A DNA stretch of 64,000 nt from Marsupella aquatica (Eukaryota > Plantae > Marchantiophyta), in the NCBI GenBank assembly GCA_973895155.1, contig OZ316896.1:1240001-1304000 (forward strand), in the 5' to 3' direction. The notes under the pieces were generated by a model. The model saw only the letters and a list, made by a program, of their open reading frames with translations, did not search any database and was not told the DNA's origin. Made by a program: the position numbers and the translations under genes. Of the stretch, positions 25,681 to 38,259 are shown one piece after another (position 1 is the first letter of the stretch; each line of letters begins with the position of its first letter).

Positions 25681-27059
25681 CATAGACGACAATCACAACG
25701 GCAAGCCCGTGAACCATCCAATGCACAAGTATCTACACCGAGAGATACGTGGTTCATCTCCACATGAAGTTACGTCCACGAGAACACACAAGAGTTTTAC
25801 TGCGCTCCAGGCCAACCGACCATACCAAGTATCTACAACACAAGCTCTCCCATCTCTCAACTGACTCCGTAACAATGAGCTTGAGTTCCTTTTCTCCAAG
25901 CAAACACTCCTTGGACAGAGAGTGTGCACAACATGATTAACCTAACCTAGTCTGCAACTAAAGTTAACAATAGTTAACCCTAATTGCGGTACAATCGTAA
26001 CTCTAGACCTAATAGTAAATCCTAACAACAAAAGGGCAATGCAAAAGCTCTCTTTCCTTAAGTCTCAAAATGTTCTCAAAATGTGCTATACACCTGAATT
26101 AGAGTATGGCTTGTTCATTTGTTGAAGTTAGTTCACAAGCACATTGGTCATTTTGGGGTTTTGTGCGTTGAGTGTATTTGGCTCCCAAGCGACATTAAAG
26201 GTTAATGCTGTATTAGGACATACTCACCTCTATGTGTTTTCTAATCGCAGCGTTCAAGTATTCTACCTCAGCCACTTGAACGATCAAAATTTAGAATTCA
26301 CTATCAGATTGGATTGGATTTCGAATTCTTAGGTGCATTCGTGTTGTTTGAAAGAAAATAAAGTGATTGTCGACATTTCTCGTTAAATCAGAGGGGCCTA
26401 CTGTAGACATCTGGTGTTCGTCATGAACGCTTTGCTGTAATATTCATATTGAATTGGAATTGCCTCGTGCGAGTTTGTAAGTTTTGGGTGAATGGGAGAC
26501 CACTGTGAAGAACTATCAGCGACCCCAAAAGAAGACCGGATGAGAATGTGGCACACTTGAGGGGCAGAACAAAATTTCACTGCTCGATGATGACAGTTGT
26601 GACAGGAAAGAGTGCGAGGAGACATTTTCCAGAGAGAACAGGGAGGGCTGAGAGGAACAGAGTGGAGGAATAACAAAGGGAAGGGGACGAATTGAAGAGC
26701 AACGAGCAAACAAGCAGGTTCAAATTTGAAGTCAGATTGTACTGCCTCCACGACAGCTCAATGAGAATTGTGATAAGAGAGCCAATTATGTCAGAACTGC
26801 GAGTGGGTAAAGCATTGGAAAGCATATTTATGTGAGGCATATCAGAGATTGGATTCTAGATAGCTTCACAGGAGTGCACGAACTCATTCGAAGAAGCGAA
26901 AGGAGTAGCTCTGGTGGAGGTGCGTGTGGGCAGCTGACAAGGTTCATTCAACCACCAGCCGCGGATGAAGATGGAGCTTCTGAATCACCCTGTCCTTTCA
27001 GGTGAGATTCTCCAAGTCTGAGTTGACAGGTTAATGTAGGATTACGATCTGCAACCTGA

Positions 27060-28030
27060 CTTACATGCTCACAGTACAAGCATAAATGGCAGGGCCAATG
27101 GCTAATTGACGGTGGCACCCAGAGTTGTTAGAAATCCCAATGTCCCTATACGGGAGATGCTGCATGGTATGATGGATTACAAAAAACGAACAAACTACCA
27201 TCAATGTGAAGAGGTCAGGATTATGTTCGTGACTGGTATCTTGGAGGCCAAAAAATTAGAGAGTTTGAAGATGTGTGATGAACAGATGGATACATGCAAT
27301 TGATTCTCCTGTAGTGCCCTTCCTTTCTGACCGTCAGAAAGGATTGAAACATGTTGAGAGAGAGGTTTCCGGGCAAGTTTCATGGACATTGTGCCCAAAC
27401 TTGAGCGCAAATGTGAAAAATAAATACGGAAAATCAGCTGCAGAGGAATCCTTCCACTGCACGTCTCTCCGTAATTTCTCAAAAACGGGGAGTATGAAAA
27501 ACGGGCAGTATGAAACCCTTGCATAGATTGAATAGATTGAATATTGCATCTTACAGAACAAGTAGCCAGAACATGAACCATTTCTCAAAACCATTACTGC
27601 CTCAATGTTTACTATTGGAGGTGTGTGTATTGTGCAGGTTTGGCAGAGTGCTGGAGAAACTTGCAGCGCGCCCATGAAAGGGGGTAAAGCTAGATGCGGT
27701 TTGTTATATACAGAATATGGACCCGAATCCCTATGCACGCCATGCCTTTCTCCCATCCCCGGCTAGGTAAAGTCACCAGCACTTCCTGCGAACAGGCAAA
27801 CTCTGGACTTCTGTCCATATTGAGAGAGTATGCTGCATACAAACTTGATGTTGACTGCCGTCCATCAGTGTTCAGGACGATCAGGAAGACCAAAGAGCCA
27901 AAAAGCCCGAGAGTCCCCCACTATGGCAAAGGAACTAATGCCCTGGTGAGCAGTAAACTGCAAGCCTATAAAGCACCAAGTAACAACATAAGGGCTATGA
28001 GGTGTTCAGTCGTTTCTAGATATTCTCGGC
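27060..28030 (+). pseudogene. Degenerate Mutator/MULE (MuDRA-like) transposase
   Basis: FLSDRQKGL...C.NLSANVKNKYG matches the MULE SDRQKGL...C..HL..N core. RLGKVTSTSCEQANSGL resembles the T(S/N)N..ES.N motif. Several frameshifts; limits are approximate. Confidence 0.65.
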
Positions 28031-30570
28031 TGATCAGTTCGGTGCATTTCTGCGTTCACAAAATTTCTCAATTGGAGATTCTCAGCCAATAAACTTACTT
28101 TTCTTAAGCACTTAGGATGCTTCTGATGGATGAACGGCTACCTAACTGGCTGACGGGTTGGTGCCAATGAATCACTGCAGTCGAAAACATTGTCCCCCAC
28201 CTGACAAATTTCAAAAGTAAGTTCCGGTCAATACAAACTTTCTACTCTTCCCACAAGGAATGGCAATCTCGGGATCATTCATCGAAAATCTATAGAATTG
28301 AATGTACATACAAAAATTTAGGATCACCTAAGTGAGTGTATTTACAGTCGGTATATATTATTAGACTGTCAATCCCTGAAACGATTAGAGACAGATCAGA
28401 AACTGATCATAGATTAACCTGGAAGTGCATGCGGTTTTAGAATCCTCTGTTAGGCCTCTGCAATTTTAACCTGTAACTGCTGATTTTCCATGGCTGCTAT
28501 GTCTTCGCTGCACAGCAAGCTTGAAGTTCAGACTACATGGCCATTGGGATGCCGGGTGCCTCGATCAATTGGAGGAAGGGATATAAAATAACTTACTGTG
28601 GTTGAATGTGCGCCTTTTCTTTGTTGTCTCTCTCCCTTGATGGCATCTTTCAAGTCACATTCTGAATTTCGAAGTTGGATGCAATTTGACGGGTCTAAAC
28701 ATCCACTTTTGTAATTTGTTTAGTCACATTCTAAATTTCCAATTGCATCCAATTAGATGATCAAATGTGCAATGTCTAATTCTAAGCTATCACATTGGTT
28801 GATACAGGAGGGGAGTTCAAGGATGAATGAAGGAAGAGTTCGATACCAGTCAAACTGGAGGCTGTAAGCTAATGCACTCAATTATAGTGCTACGTGAGAA
28901 GATTCACAGGTCGAAAAACATTTGGTGGGTAGAATCGACCGCTGGACTGGTTCAATATACAGAAAAAGCAGAAATAACGGAGACCATATCGCCCCGCTCG
29001 TTCTTTCACATATATGTATACTAAGCCGGATACTAAGAGGAAAATTAACAGTTTCTATGTTGAGTGGAGTTCATGGCAAATCCCATCCTTTATAAAACCC
29101 TGCATGAATACTTTTCTCCAAATTTAGTTCTAACTTAAGAGTTGCCCTGAGCCTGAGCTGAGCCAATTCCCCTTTACAGCGACTCCTCGAACTGACATTG
29201 ATAGCGCATATTTAACCACTGCATGCCAAATTCCTCGGTTGGCTTGTGCCAGCGTCTGCTTTTGACTTGTACACCTCAACAGTGAAGCATGTTGAATTAA
29301 GCTTACAAAATCTCCACATAAAGTCTGGAGTCAAGTACTTTAACGTGATACATAGATTTACGGTAATCTTGGACATGCCAATTCCGATTCAGTACATACT
29401 TCTGGTGTCCCGTTCTGTTACCTGCTTCGTCTATAATAGAATGTTCATTGAGTACGATCTGGAAACGCATTTTGGATCCTTCTCCTGCCACCGTCTTCAA
29501 AAAGCTGTCTCAATTTCTGTGTTTGATCAGTGGTGATCAGAAAACTAATGGTTCCTGGTTCTACTACCTACTGTACTTCAGAAGCCTGTCTTCGAAGACT
29601 AATTGGTCAGTGGCAGAGAGAAATATGGGGACCCTGTCTGACTTGGGTGTCGTCGATTACCTTAGGACTATCATTCCCTTTCCGATTCCGTTACGGAAAC
29701 AGAGAACATGCTGATGGTGTGAGAGCTTCGAAAGATTAAATATTCTTCACCAGTCTGCATGCTCGTTTGGTGGTAGTTAGTCTATCGACGGAAAAGGTAC
29801 TCATGCACCTGCTCACCCTCAATCACCATCATCTTTATTTCTCAAAGTATGGAAAAAGACTGCATTGCAAGGCTTCTGATCTTTTCAACTGTAGTACAAA
29901 TTCTACTTGGAACACTTTTAGATATTTTGAAAAATCTACGGTCGTGTGTCTGATATCATGGCCGTACAAGTATCTTGCCAAGGAACCAAGTGTTTTTCGC
30001 CATGTAATGCACCCTCAACGGTTTCATGCAAAATATACACAAAGACCGGGCATGCATCCATGATGTGTAAACGGGGCACATTCTAAGGAACCTTCTGCTA
30101 AAGGCCCCTACTTCACTTGAACAGATGGACGTAGCATGAACGCAATCTGCTGCAGAGTGAATGTTTATGATTTTATCTGATTCCGATCAATTTTGAAGTG
30201 ATTTGGCCTTCTATTGACCGCAGTTCTTCGGTTTCAGAAAAATAATGAAAAACCTTAACTTGCGGAAATTTAAGAGCCTTGAAGTATATGTGGCTTAATA
30301 TGTCAGAATATTTGGGGTGTCTGCAATCGGTTCCCATCTTCGCTTGAGTGCCTAAGTTTTAGTATCCCCTGTCATGTTCTCAGAATTATTCACGTCCGAG
30401 GCAAGTTTACTTTAAAGTGTCTAAGATTGGGACGTAGGTAATCATCAGTTAAGAGCTAGGTCTGAGTACTTTCTCAGTGTCCTGACGTAAGGATCTGCCA
30501 GTAGCTTCCTACTTCGGGGGCGTCTTTCTGGCCCAATGGGTGCTCCATAATGTTGGAACTTTCAACAGCA

Positions 30571-30641
30571 TGGACCGGCTAGGAATTGAACCTAGGACCT
30601 CCCGTGTACATCGTAGTGCTCTATCACTGAGCTACAGGCCC
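30571..30641 (-). other. tRNA-like sequence in the TRIM 3' LTR (not a functional tRNA gene)
   Basis: GGGCCTG-TA-GCTC-AGTGATA-GAGC...GGTC-CTAGG-TTCAATT-CCTAG-CCGGTCC-A. D and T stems are intact, the acceptor stem has one mismatch and the anticodon arm is degenerate. Confidence 0.85.
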
Positions 30642-30763
30642 TTTGTGGGGGTATCCATCTTCGTTCGAGTGTGGTTCATTTCCAACACCCACCCTTGAGC
30701 CGCACTCGCCACAAGGGACTCCTTTTCTTTGGCTCTGATACCATGTTGGAATTGTCAACAGCA

Positions 30764-30834
30764 TGGACCGGCTAGGAATTGAACCTAAGATCTCCCGTGT
30801 ACATCGTAGTGCTCTACCACTGAGCTACAGGCCC
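30764..30834 (-). other. tRNA-like sequence in the TRIM 5' LTR
   Basis: A box TAGCTCAGTGG and B box GGTTCAATTCC are both canonical. Confidence 0.85.
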
Positions 30835-33800
30835 TTCGTGGCTGTATCCATCTTCGTTCGAGTGTGGTTCATTTCCAACACATAATTTGCTCACTATCAC
30901 CGGCTAGGCGAGTCACCAGGGTGCAGACATGATCATAGCCCTCAACCAAAAGGACGGTCTTCGCTATTTTCTGCTTACCCTAGCTTTAGCACATGGAAAA
31001 CCAAGTCAGGTCACTTTCAATTGAAAATATTGCATTAGTATCCGAATCTTGGTTTCAGCAATTGGGGTTTGAAGTAAACGATAGCATCCAAGGAAATCTC
31101 GCTTTAAAAGGAATTACTAGAATTGTTGGAACGTTTGTCCGAGCCACTTAGTCTCATTACATGTACCTACTAGTGTTCGACCTCGATGATAATAACGGTA
31201 AACGATAACATCCAATGAATTTTGCAGGCGTTTGGAGGGCCATAGCTTTTTAATTGCTCTATTCTGAGCTCAAGAGATGCAAAATTAAAATTAATTTCTT
31301 TTCTGTTCATGTTGCCCACGAAGGTGCATGCAAGCTGCCAACAAGTAGGGTTTCGGGGGTCATGAAAATCTAGTGGGCCTCAAGAAAGAACTTTAGGTAC
31401 TTTGGTATCGGGCCTTCTACTCAGAGCTACGCACTTATCTAGAGGGAGTATGGGGAGTGCTCTCAAGATTTTCCTATTCCCTATGATTGCTATTTCCATC
31501 TGGTTAGATTATACAAGGAATGTTGGTCCTTTTATGGCTCGAGCTGGGTCCAAGGATCACCGCTGAACTTTTGGTTCTCTATATATTGAATGTGTCATTA
31601 GTCTTCAAGTCAGTTCACACGTAGGCTTTGAAATATTTACGGTTCATTCACCTCCAACGGATCCCTGGGTGATCGAAGAATCATGACATCTAAACGAATT
31701 GGGTTGAGCTGTGGATCTTCAAAGTAAATAAATTTTAATATGGTGAACGCTGAAACCATAGCAGGATTGAACTTTCCGTTACATTTATCGATATTGACCA
31801 GAAGCGTCTTATTATTCTTTCGAGGGCCACCCTGCCCAGTGGTCGTGTTTTGTACGTCCTTCCGACAGGAATAAATTGCTTTGTAGATCTGGGTGCAGAC
31901 TTGCTGTGCTATTAGATTTGTTTTCGGCCTTCAGTACAGCGAGAGGTGAGAGTGCACATGCTTGCTTCCTTTTTGCGAGCAGGGTACCTTTAATGAGAGA
32001 GTATGGTGAGCAAATCCGTAATAATGGCAGATCCTCTAAAAAAATAAATTCTTCCATGGATATTTGGGAGCATTTCAAAACTTTGAAATAAAAAAGTGAT
32101 CCATGTTATATTGTTTCAATCGTTTTGCACGTGCGAACTCGAACCAATTGAAAAGGGGACACTGGTGAATCTTCTGCTATATCTAAATTGATTTTTCTCT
32201 TGCTTCTGACAGCCCTGTTGGATAGCTCAGAAAACTGGAACCGAAAATCTCTATTGCCTTAACATCTCAATAGCACTTCAATGAAGTGGGCATTGTGTTG
32301 GTACATGGAACCAGTCAGACAAATTTATTACCAGAAGGGGACATCGCTGTTTGGGACGGATGTCAAGTAGTTTACTCCCTCGAAAGCATAAAAAAATTGG
32401 GTGAAAATTCATTTAGACGAGCGCATGGAACTATTTTGCTCTCTGGACAAAGGAAAGGGCTTGGCTCGCTCTTCAATGAGTGGAGGTCGATACTGAGAGT
32501 AGTGCTGCAGAACTGTATCATGTACGAAGTATTAAATTCCGTAGGCCCGACAACGGCGAAGAACATCTGCACTGGCTTTACAGAAAGAAACTTCCATTTA
32601 TTGTTCTCCTGTGGATTAACTGAATGACTGGAAAATAAGGAATCTGCGGTTTGCCTGATGCGAGCAGACACAAGCTGCACCAATCCGCTGAACCCGGTGT
32701 GAACTCAGCAACATCACACACCTGCCACGACACATGCTGGAGGAGTAACCAGAACACATGCAGGACAAGTATCTACCAATCAGCTAGCATTACCAGCTCC
32801 GAGAATTGCGGGAGGCCTCGATGAAATGACACGCAGGTAGCAGTTATGACGAAAAAATCATTTCACTCGCAAGATCTGGCAATGCGCGTCAATAATGAAG
32901 AAGCCAGACGGATACACTCAGCCAAGAGTAGGTTTAATCGATCCGAATTAGATCGTCAAAGGTTGGATTTGGAAAGGTCTATGATTGAACTTGAAATCGC
33001 GTTCTGAATAGATAGTATTGCCTCCAGTTGTTGAATTTCGAAAGGGAATGGCACAATCAAATCTGAATCAGACCTACTAATCACGAATCCATCCATACTA
33101 TGCAGAAATTTGAACAGCATGCTATCAACGCAATAATCTGGCAGTGTACTTAGTTATGGTTGTTTTGAATTTGATCTCGGCGTCAACAGGAACAGCCGTA
33201 CAGACTGTGAAATCGGTTGTGAAATTCACGGCAGAATGAGCTGAAATGACAAAATAAGGATGACCTGGGCGAACATCCGGAACCCTGGCGCAAAGAGAGG
33301 ATCGCTGGCCTTCAGTGTCTTGCCTTGATCAGGCAGTTGACAGCTGCATGTCTGCCAATTCCAGTATAATAACTCCCATCTATTTCGGTTACTGGTAGAA
33401 ACTACAACTATGGGAAGCCACAGGATCGAGCACGCCAATCTACCCAGAAATTGAGTGCAGTGTGAAAGCGCTGTCCTCGTTTAGCGAAACGTTGACTAAG
33501 TTGTACAAAGGAACGGTAGCTCGCTGCCACCTAAGAAAATTGGACACGTGAGCCTTGCGGCAGCTCGATACTGTGAAACTCAAATTGGAAATCGAGCCTC
33601 CCGAGCAAAAGGCCATTTTGGTGTTGGAAACTGCTGCAAATCATGTATGATTGTTGAAAGTACTGCGAAGAGCCGTAGGACACATAATAAACGAGCTACA
33701 TTGATCCTCTGACTAGCTCAAAAACATAAAAGGGCCACGCTAACCTACGAGGCTACGAGAATTGGGGTGGTAAAATGTCAAGTCACTACAGTCAAAACTT

Positions 33801-35149
33801 TTGGGAAAACATTCATATCCGTCTCCAAGTACTGAACATACACTGTATGTTAACAGTCATGCGTTTCTAGCAGACCATTTAGCGAAGGCAGACGACGGGA
33901 ATTGGAGTACTATGGTGCCTTGTCGCGCCGAGCCGAGCATCTAACTCCTCGTTCGGAGGACCACGCCACCCACAAAAGCAGGGATCTTGGTCCGAACTCA
34001 AAGGAATGGACAGAACACCTTTTCCCTGTACAGTTTTATACAGAATTGAATTACTCACCTTTTTTCGCTGAGTATATAACCCTTGGTTTGTCCCACTTCA
34101 TGCTAAGTTATTTTGCTACATCCTTGCGGCGCACGGTACTGTTCTTTCCGGCGTGAGTATTCAACTGTGTTTGTCCCTTGGATCAATAGTCTGTCTAAGA
34201 CAAGGTCTGGGTGACATTTCAACGACATGTATAATTTTCTTGGTGTAGAAAGAGATTTGTAATGTTACGCTTTCGAAGCGAGAAAGATCTTGGGAACGAC
34301 GTGAGGCTCATGATCAGCAATTTGTGAGAGCTTGCATCCCACAGGTGCCTTGTAGGGCCACAACCTTAGGATTTCCCCTTAATTAATACCCGCTAATTTG
34401 CGTTCCGTTCTTTTCAATGTAATCAATTATCGGTTCATGTCACGAAGGATGTTGCTCAATATATCCGAGGTTCTGAACAAGTCGAAAATTTCTCTGGCCG
34501 GCAAGCTGTAATTGAGGACTTGTACGTTTATCATTGAAAGCATAAGTCTACCGTCTGAACTCTGTAGAATGATGTAGTCGATTGTGTCTGAGGGCCACCG
34601 TTAGATCGATCGATAAATTAACTTTGAAAAATAGCGTTTACACAGACGAATCATGATGATAATGTCCGCGTTGGTGAAGGAATGATTCTATCTATATCGA
34701 TACAATTTTATCACTATCTAGATCACACGCGTGGAAGGCCTAGATCTGTGGAGATACAATTTTATCACCATCTAGATCACACGCGTAAACGGAGACAATT
34801 GTGTTGACGAGTGGATTCCGTTCGATACCAACCCAGCACGAGCACCTATCCCAGAGCGAGCTCCTCCTAAAATGACTGGAGTAAACGTAAGGCTGACGAT
34901 ATGAGCAACTCCCGAAATATATCAGATAGTGAAATGGAGATTCGGTTTTGAGAGGCCGTCCACGCAAATAAGAACCTTTTGTCCTACCCGACCCTATGTA
35001 TGGTACATTTCAACTTTGAAAGGAGATGATCCCTTTTCTAGATCGATATGCACTCACGCAAGCAATAGAAGCGAATGGACCGATTGTAAGTTTGCAGGAA
35101 ATGCACCCCGACCCGTAAAGCGCTATGGCATATGCTCTGCGTCCTTATG

Positions 35150-35304
35150 TATGTACGTAACCCTTCTGAGTAGCAAGGCCTTGCGTCATCACTTGTGTGA
35201 CTTTGCAAGCTGCCAATATTTTGTTGGCCTGACGTAGACATATAAAGAAGCCGAAAGTGGTGCGGAAAGGTCGATGAAGCTTTCCAACAGGAACATTCAA
35301 GCAG
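35150..35304. ncRNA. Candidate stem-loop, copy 1 of 5 (diverged)
   Basis: Left arm CCTTCTGAGTAGCAAGGCCTTGCGTCATCACTT pairs partly with right arm AAGTGGTGCGGAAAGGTC...GCTTTCCAACAGG. Confidence 0.3.
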
Positions 35305-36392
35305 CGGATCCAGAAAACAGCCCTCCCTGTGCTCTTGGACGATCCTGAATTGACTCTCTCCCCGACTCTGCCATTAGACCATCGCAAGAGAAATTGTCTT
35401 TCCAACGAACCCTTCAATCTGTCACATGGTTGCATAACGGTATACACTTAATTTGTGATGTGACCATCTATCTAGACACAGCAACCATTGTAAGTAATCT
35501 GAGCTCGATCACAGCCTAAGATTTAAAAGGCACGGAGGGAATTCCAAACTCTCACGTAACTTGAAAGTATTGAAACAAACACGTCTTTGAAAGAGCGAAG
35601 CGTCGACTATTACCGTGGCAATTGTTCTAAGATGTTGACAGGACACACTTATCTCAGATACTAAGCTAGAAACTCGTCCAGAGGTCTCAGTCTGGAAGGA
35701 TGTTATGCACACAAGCACGTGTGTCTCTAAGTACGTGCGCACCTTGTTGAGCAGCCACGTACCTCCGCGTTGCCTTGTCAATGGGATACCTGCATTAACA
35801 ATTATATAGAACTCCAGACGCCGAATGCCGTAAACGGTTGAGCCTACCTTTTCAGTAGAGAAAGGCAGCATAATTGTGTAGAGGCGCAATCCAACGTCCA
35901 ATCCTGATAATCAATCCAGACCAAGTGGAAGATAAAGCAAGAAATCGGATAGAGGGCCTAGGACGTGTGACCTTCATAATCTTCAACCGAAAAGAAATCG
36001 GATAGAGGAATAGGATAGAGGCCTAGGACTTACGTGTGATCTTCATAATCTTCAACCAGACCCATAAGTATACTTAACAAGATATACTTGCAGAAGAAAG
36101 TGGTACGCCTGAGCATTGGTATGTGCCGAAACGATTGGAAGATTTTCTCCATTACACGAGGATCAACGTCAGCCCAAGGTTGCGGGGGATGATTGATACA
36201 TGCACGCGAGTACATAGCTCTATGTGAGACGAAATCCTGTGGACATGCTAACTAAAATACATATTAAAAATCATTATCACCTTTCAAGATTGATCACCCG
36301 CATTATTGAGATAAATACATTGGGGTTTACCTCCCAGACAGTCGATTGTTTCAAGCTGGCCCTTGTGACGGTAGCATATCCCTGGATAATTA

Positions 36393-36539
36393 TGCATGTT
36401 TCCTTCTGAGAACCCACGTGTTGCTTCATCAATCGGAACTGTGACAAGACAATTTCTCCTCCCTCCTGGTTCTCGAAGGATGTACGGAAATACCCGAAAA
36501 TTAATGCGGCAACACGAAGTTTTTCAGTAGGAACAAGCA
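36393..36539. ncRNA. Candidate stem-loop, copy 2 of 5
   Basis: TGCATGTTTCCTTCTGAGAACCCACGTGTTGCTTCATCAATCGG pairs with CCGAAAATTAATGCGGCAACACGAAGTTTTTCAGTAGGAACAAGCA. Confidence 0.45.
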
Positions 36540-36648
36540 GCAAGTTGTTATTCGACTCCCTACTCTCCATTGTCGCCTGTATGAGGGCGTCTCTCGGGGT
36601 CGATATGCCTTGGTACGTATGATTGCCAAAAGTCCTAAATGCTTCGTA

Positions 36649-36770
36649 TGCATGTACCCTTCTGAGAAGCCACGTCTTGCCTCATCGATTGGGTGACGCG
36701 TGAGCCTCTGGCTCCCCGTCATCGAGCACAATGGATGCGGCAAGACGGAGCTTCCCAGGAGAAACAAGCA
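36649..36770. ncRNA. Candidate pre-miRNA-like stem-loop, copy 3 of 5 (best folded)
   Basis: A ~43-bp imperfect stem (TGCATGTACCCTTCTGAGAAGCCACGTCTTGCCTCATCGATTG / CAATGGATGCGGCAAGACGGAGCTTCCCAGGAGAAACAAGCA) plus upper stems TGACG/CGTCA and GAGCC/GGCTC. Confidence 0.5.
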
Positions 36771-37009
36771 GTAAATTGTACTATTGTCGACCGTAGATTT
36801 CAGATTTAGAAGCGTGTGCTTTTGCATCCTCAAATTGACGTCGAATACAAGTCTGCGGCGGTATCTGCGTCTGGACATAGACAACAATCCGTAAGAATAA
36901 GTGAGTGGCCATTGGTTTGAGTAGTGCCGGATTCGGACTACAGTAGTCACGTACAAGATGTATGCAGAAGTAGTGTCGAACGAACTCTGCACAATACGCC
37001 TCGAAGCCT

Positions 37010-37136
37010 AGTACGCACTACCTTAGTTATCTCTCCAAGATGAAGCTCCAAACTAAGCAATCTAAATTGGCTTAGTACGCACTACCTTAGTTATCTCTCC
37101 AAGATGAAGCTCCAGACTAAGCAATCTAAATTGGCC
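37010..37136. repeat. 63-bp near-perfect tandem duplication
   Basis: TAGTACGCACTACCTTAGTTATCTCTCCAAGATGAAGCTCCA.ACTAAGCAATCTAAATTGGC occurs twice. Confidence 0.92.
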
Positions 37137-38106
37137 TACAGCAGTGAGTTAACCGAAGACCAATGTTGCGGAAAGCGCTGGCAAACTCTCAAATATCCTT
37201 CCCTTGAGAGAAACAGGGCAGTCTTGCTACTGGACATCTGGTTAATGCTAATGCGGAGTTTTCAAATGAGACCCGAATTTTGGAGATTAACGAGGTCAAA
37301 AGCTGAACTTGCTCGCTTCAATCAGCACTAAATTGGCACTCTGTCCCCGGCGGGCAGAAATAGCTGACTGCATTCGAAACATTGAGTTTCAAGATAGGCA
37401 TCTTGAATTAGAGGTAAAGTTGTCACCTAAATCTGTGCCAATGAAAATCTTCGAAGCGGCAATTCTTTGTGAAGTGGAGCTCAAACCTGCATTCCATGTC
37501 AACGCTGAAACCTGCTGAAACCTGCAAATGAGGAGGCCATCGTGGAGGCCATCGTGTAGTTGTCAAACAGCTAGAAGTAAAATTCTCTACAATATTTATG
37601 GACTGTCTGTGTCGTTGCAGGGAATGTAACACATCATTGTGTATGAGAGCTGAATTCATAGCATTTGTTCTGAACTAAGGGCCTGAGCTACGTAATCACA
37701 TAAAACGTCCCTATATGTTAACGTAAGATGTTCTAGCTAGACATTGGATTTCCACACTCAGAGATAGATCAGATCTACAGTCGATAACCAGCGAGCACCG
37801 ACCTGATCCAGGTGAGCAAACACAAGATCTCTCCAAGAGACGCATTCTACGGAATTTTCGATCAATACCACCTAATACAATGTATTGCAGCAAAGAGAGT
37901 GGAGGGTGTTCTACCTTTGCAGATTGCGGATCCACAATAATTGCAGAAAGATCCCACAGGGATCCTCACTCCTCATCCACCAAAGATAGTGGAAGGTGTT
38001 CACTCGAGACAAGGTTCAGAATGTTCCTAAGCACTCAGCGTACGTCGGGAAAAATTAAAGTAATACCCACCGTGATTCGAATCCCTCCAGGATGCTTGGT
38101 TGATTA

Positions 38107-38259
38107 TGCGTGCAACCTCCTGAAAAGCCACGTCTTGCCTCATCAATCGGGTGACTCGGACCTGGAATGGAGAATTTCTCCTCCCCTCGACCGACTGGCC
38201 TTTCACGGTGGCGCCCGAAATTGATGCGGCTCGACGGGGCTTTCCAGGCGGAGCAAGCA
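38107..38259. ncRNA. Candidate stem-loop, copy 4 of 5
   Basis: CCTCCTGAAAAGCCACGTCTTGCCTCATCAATCGGG pairs with CCCGAAATTGATGCGGCTCGACGGGGCTTTCCAGGCGG. Confidence 0.45.

Larger units (their letters stand above)
18826..26027 (-). mobile_element. Older related solo LTR split by the copia insertion (18826-18837 plus 25686-26027)
   Basis: TGTTGAGCATAG before the insertion continues after the TSD as ACGACAATCACAACGGCAAGCCC...AATCCTAACA. It is homologous to, but diverged from, the inserted LTR. Its own TSD is imperfect. Confidence 0.85.
30551..30880 (-). mobile_element. TRIM (non-autonomous LTR retrotransposon) with tRNA-like LTRs, Helenus-type
   Basis: 137-bp LTRs at 30551-30687 and 30744-30880 with TGTTGGAA...TTCCAACA ends. 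The 56-bp interior has PBS TGGTATCAGAGCC (30731-30743, minus) and PPT AAGGGTGGG (30688-30696, minus). Perfect TSD CATAA (30546-30550, 30881-30885). Confidence 0.93.

Noticed and set aside
30571-30834. Two tRNA genes
   Set aside because: The anticodon arm does not pair and both copies lie inside the LTRs of a TSD-flanked TRIM, so they are tRNA-derived promoter sequences.
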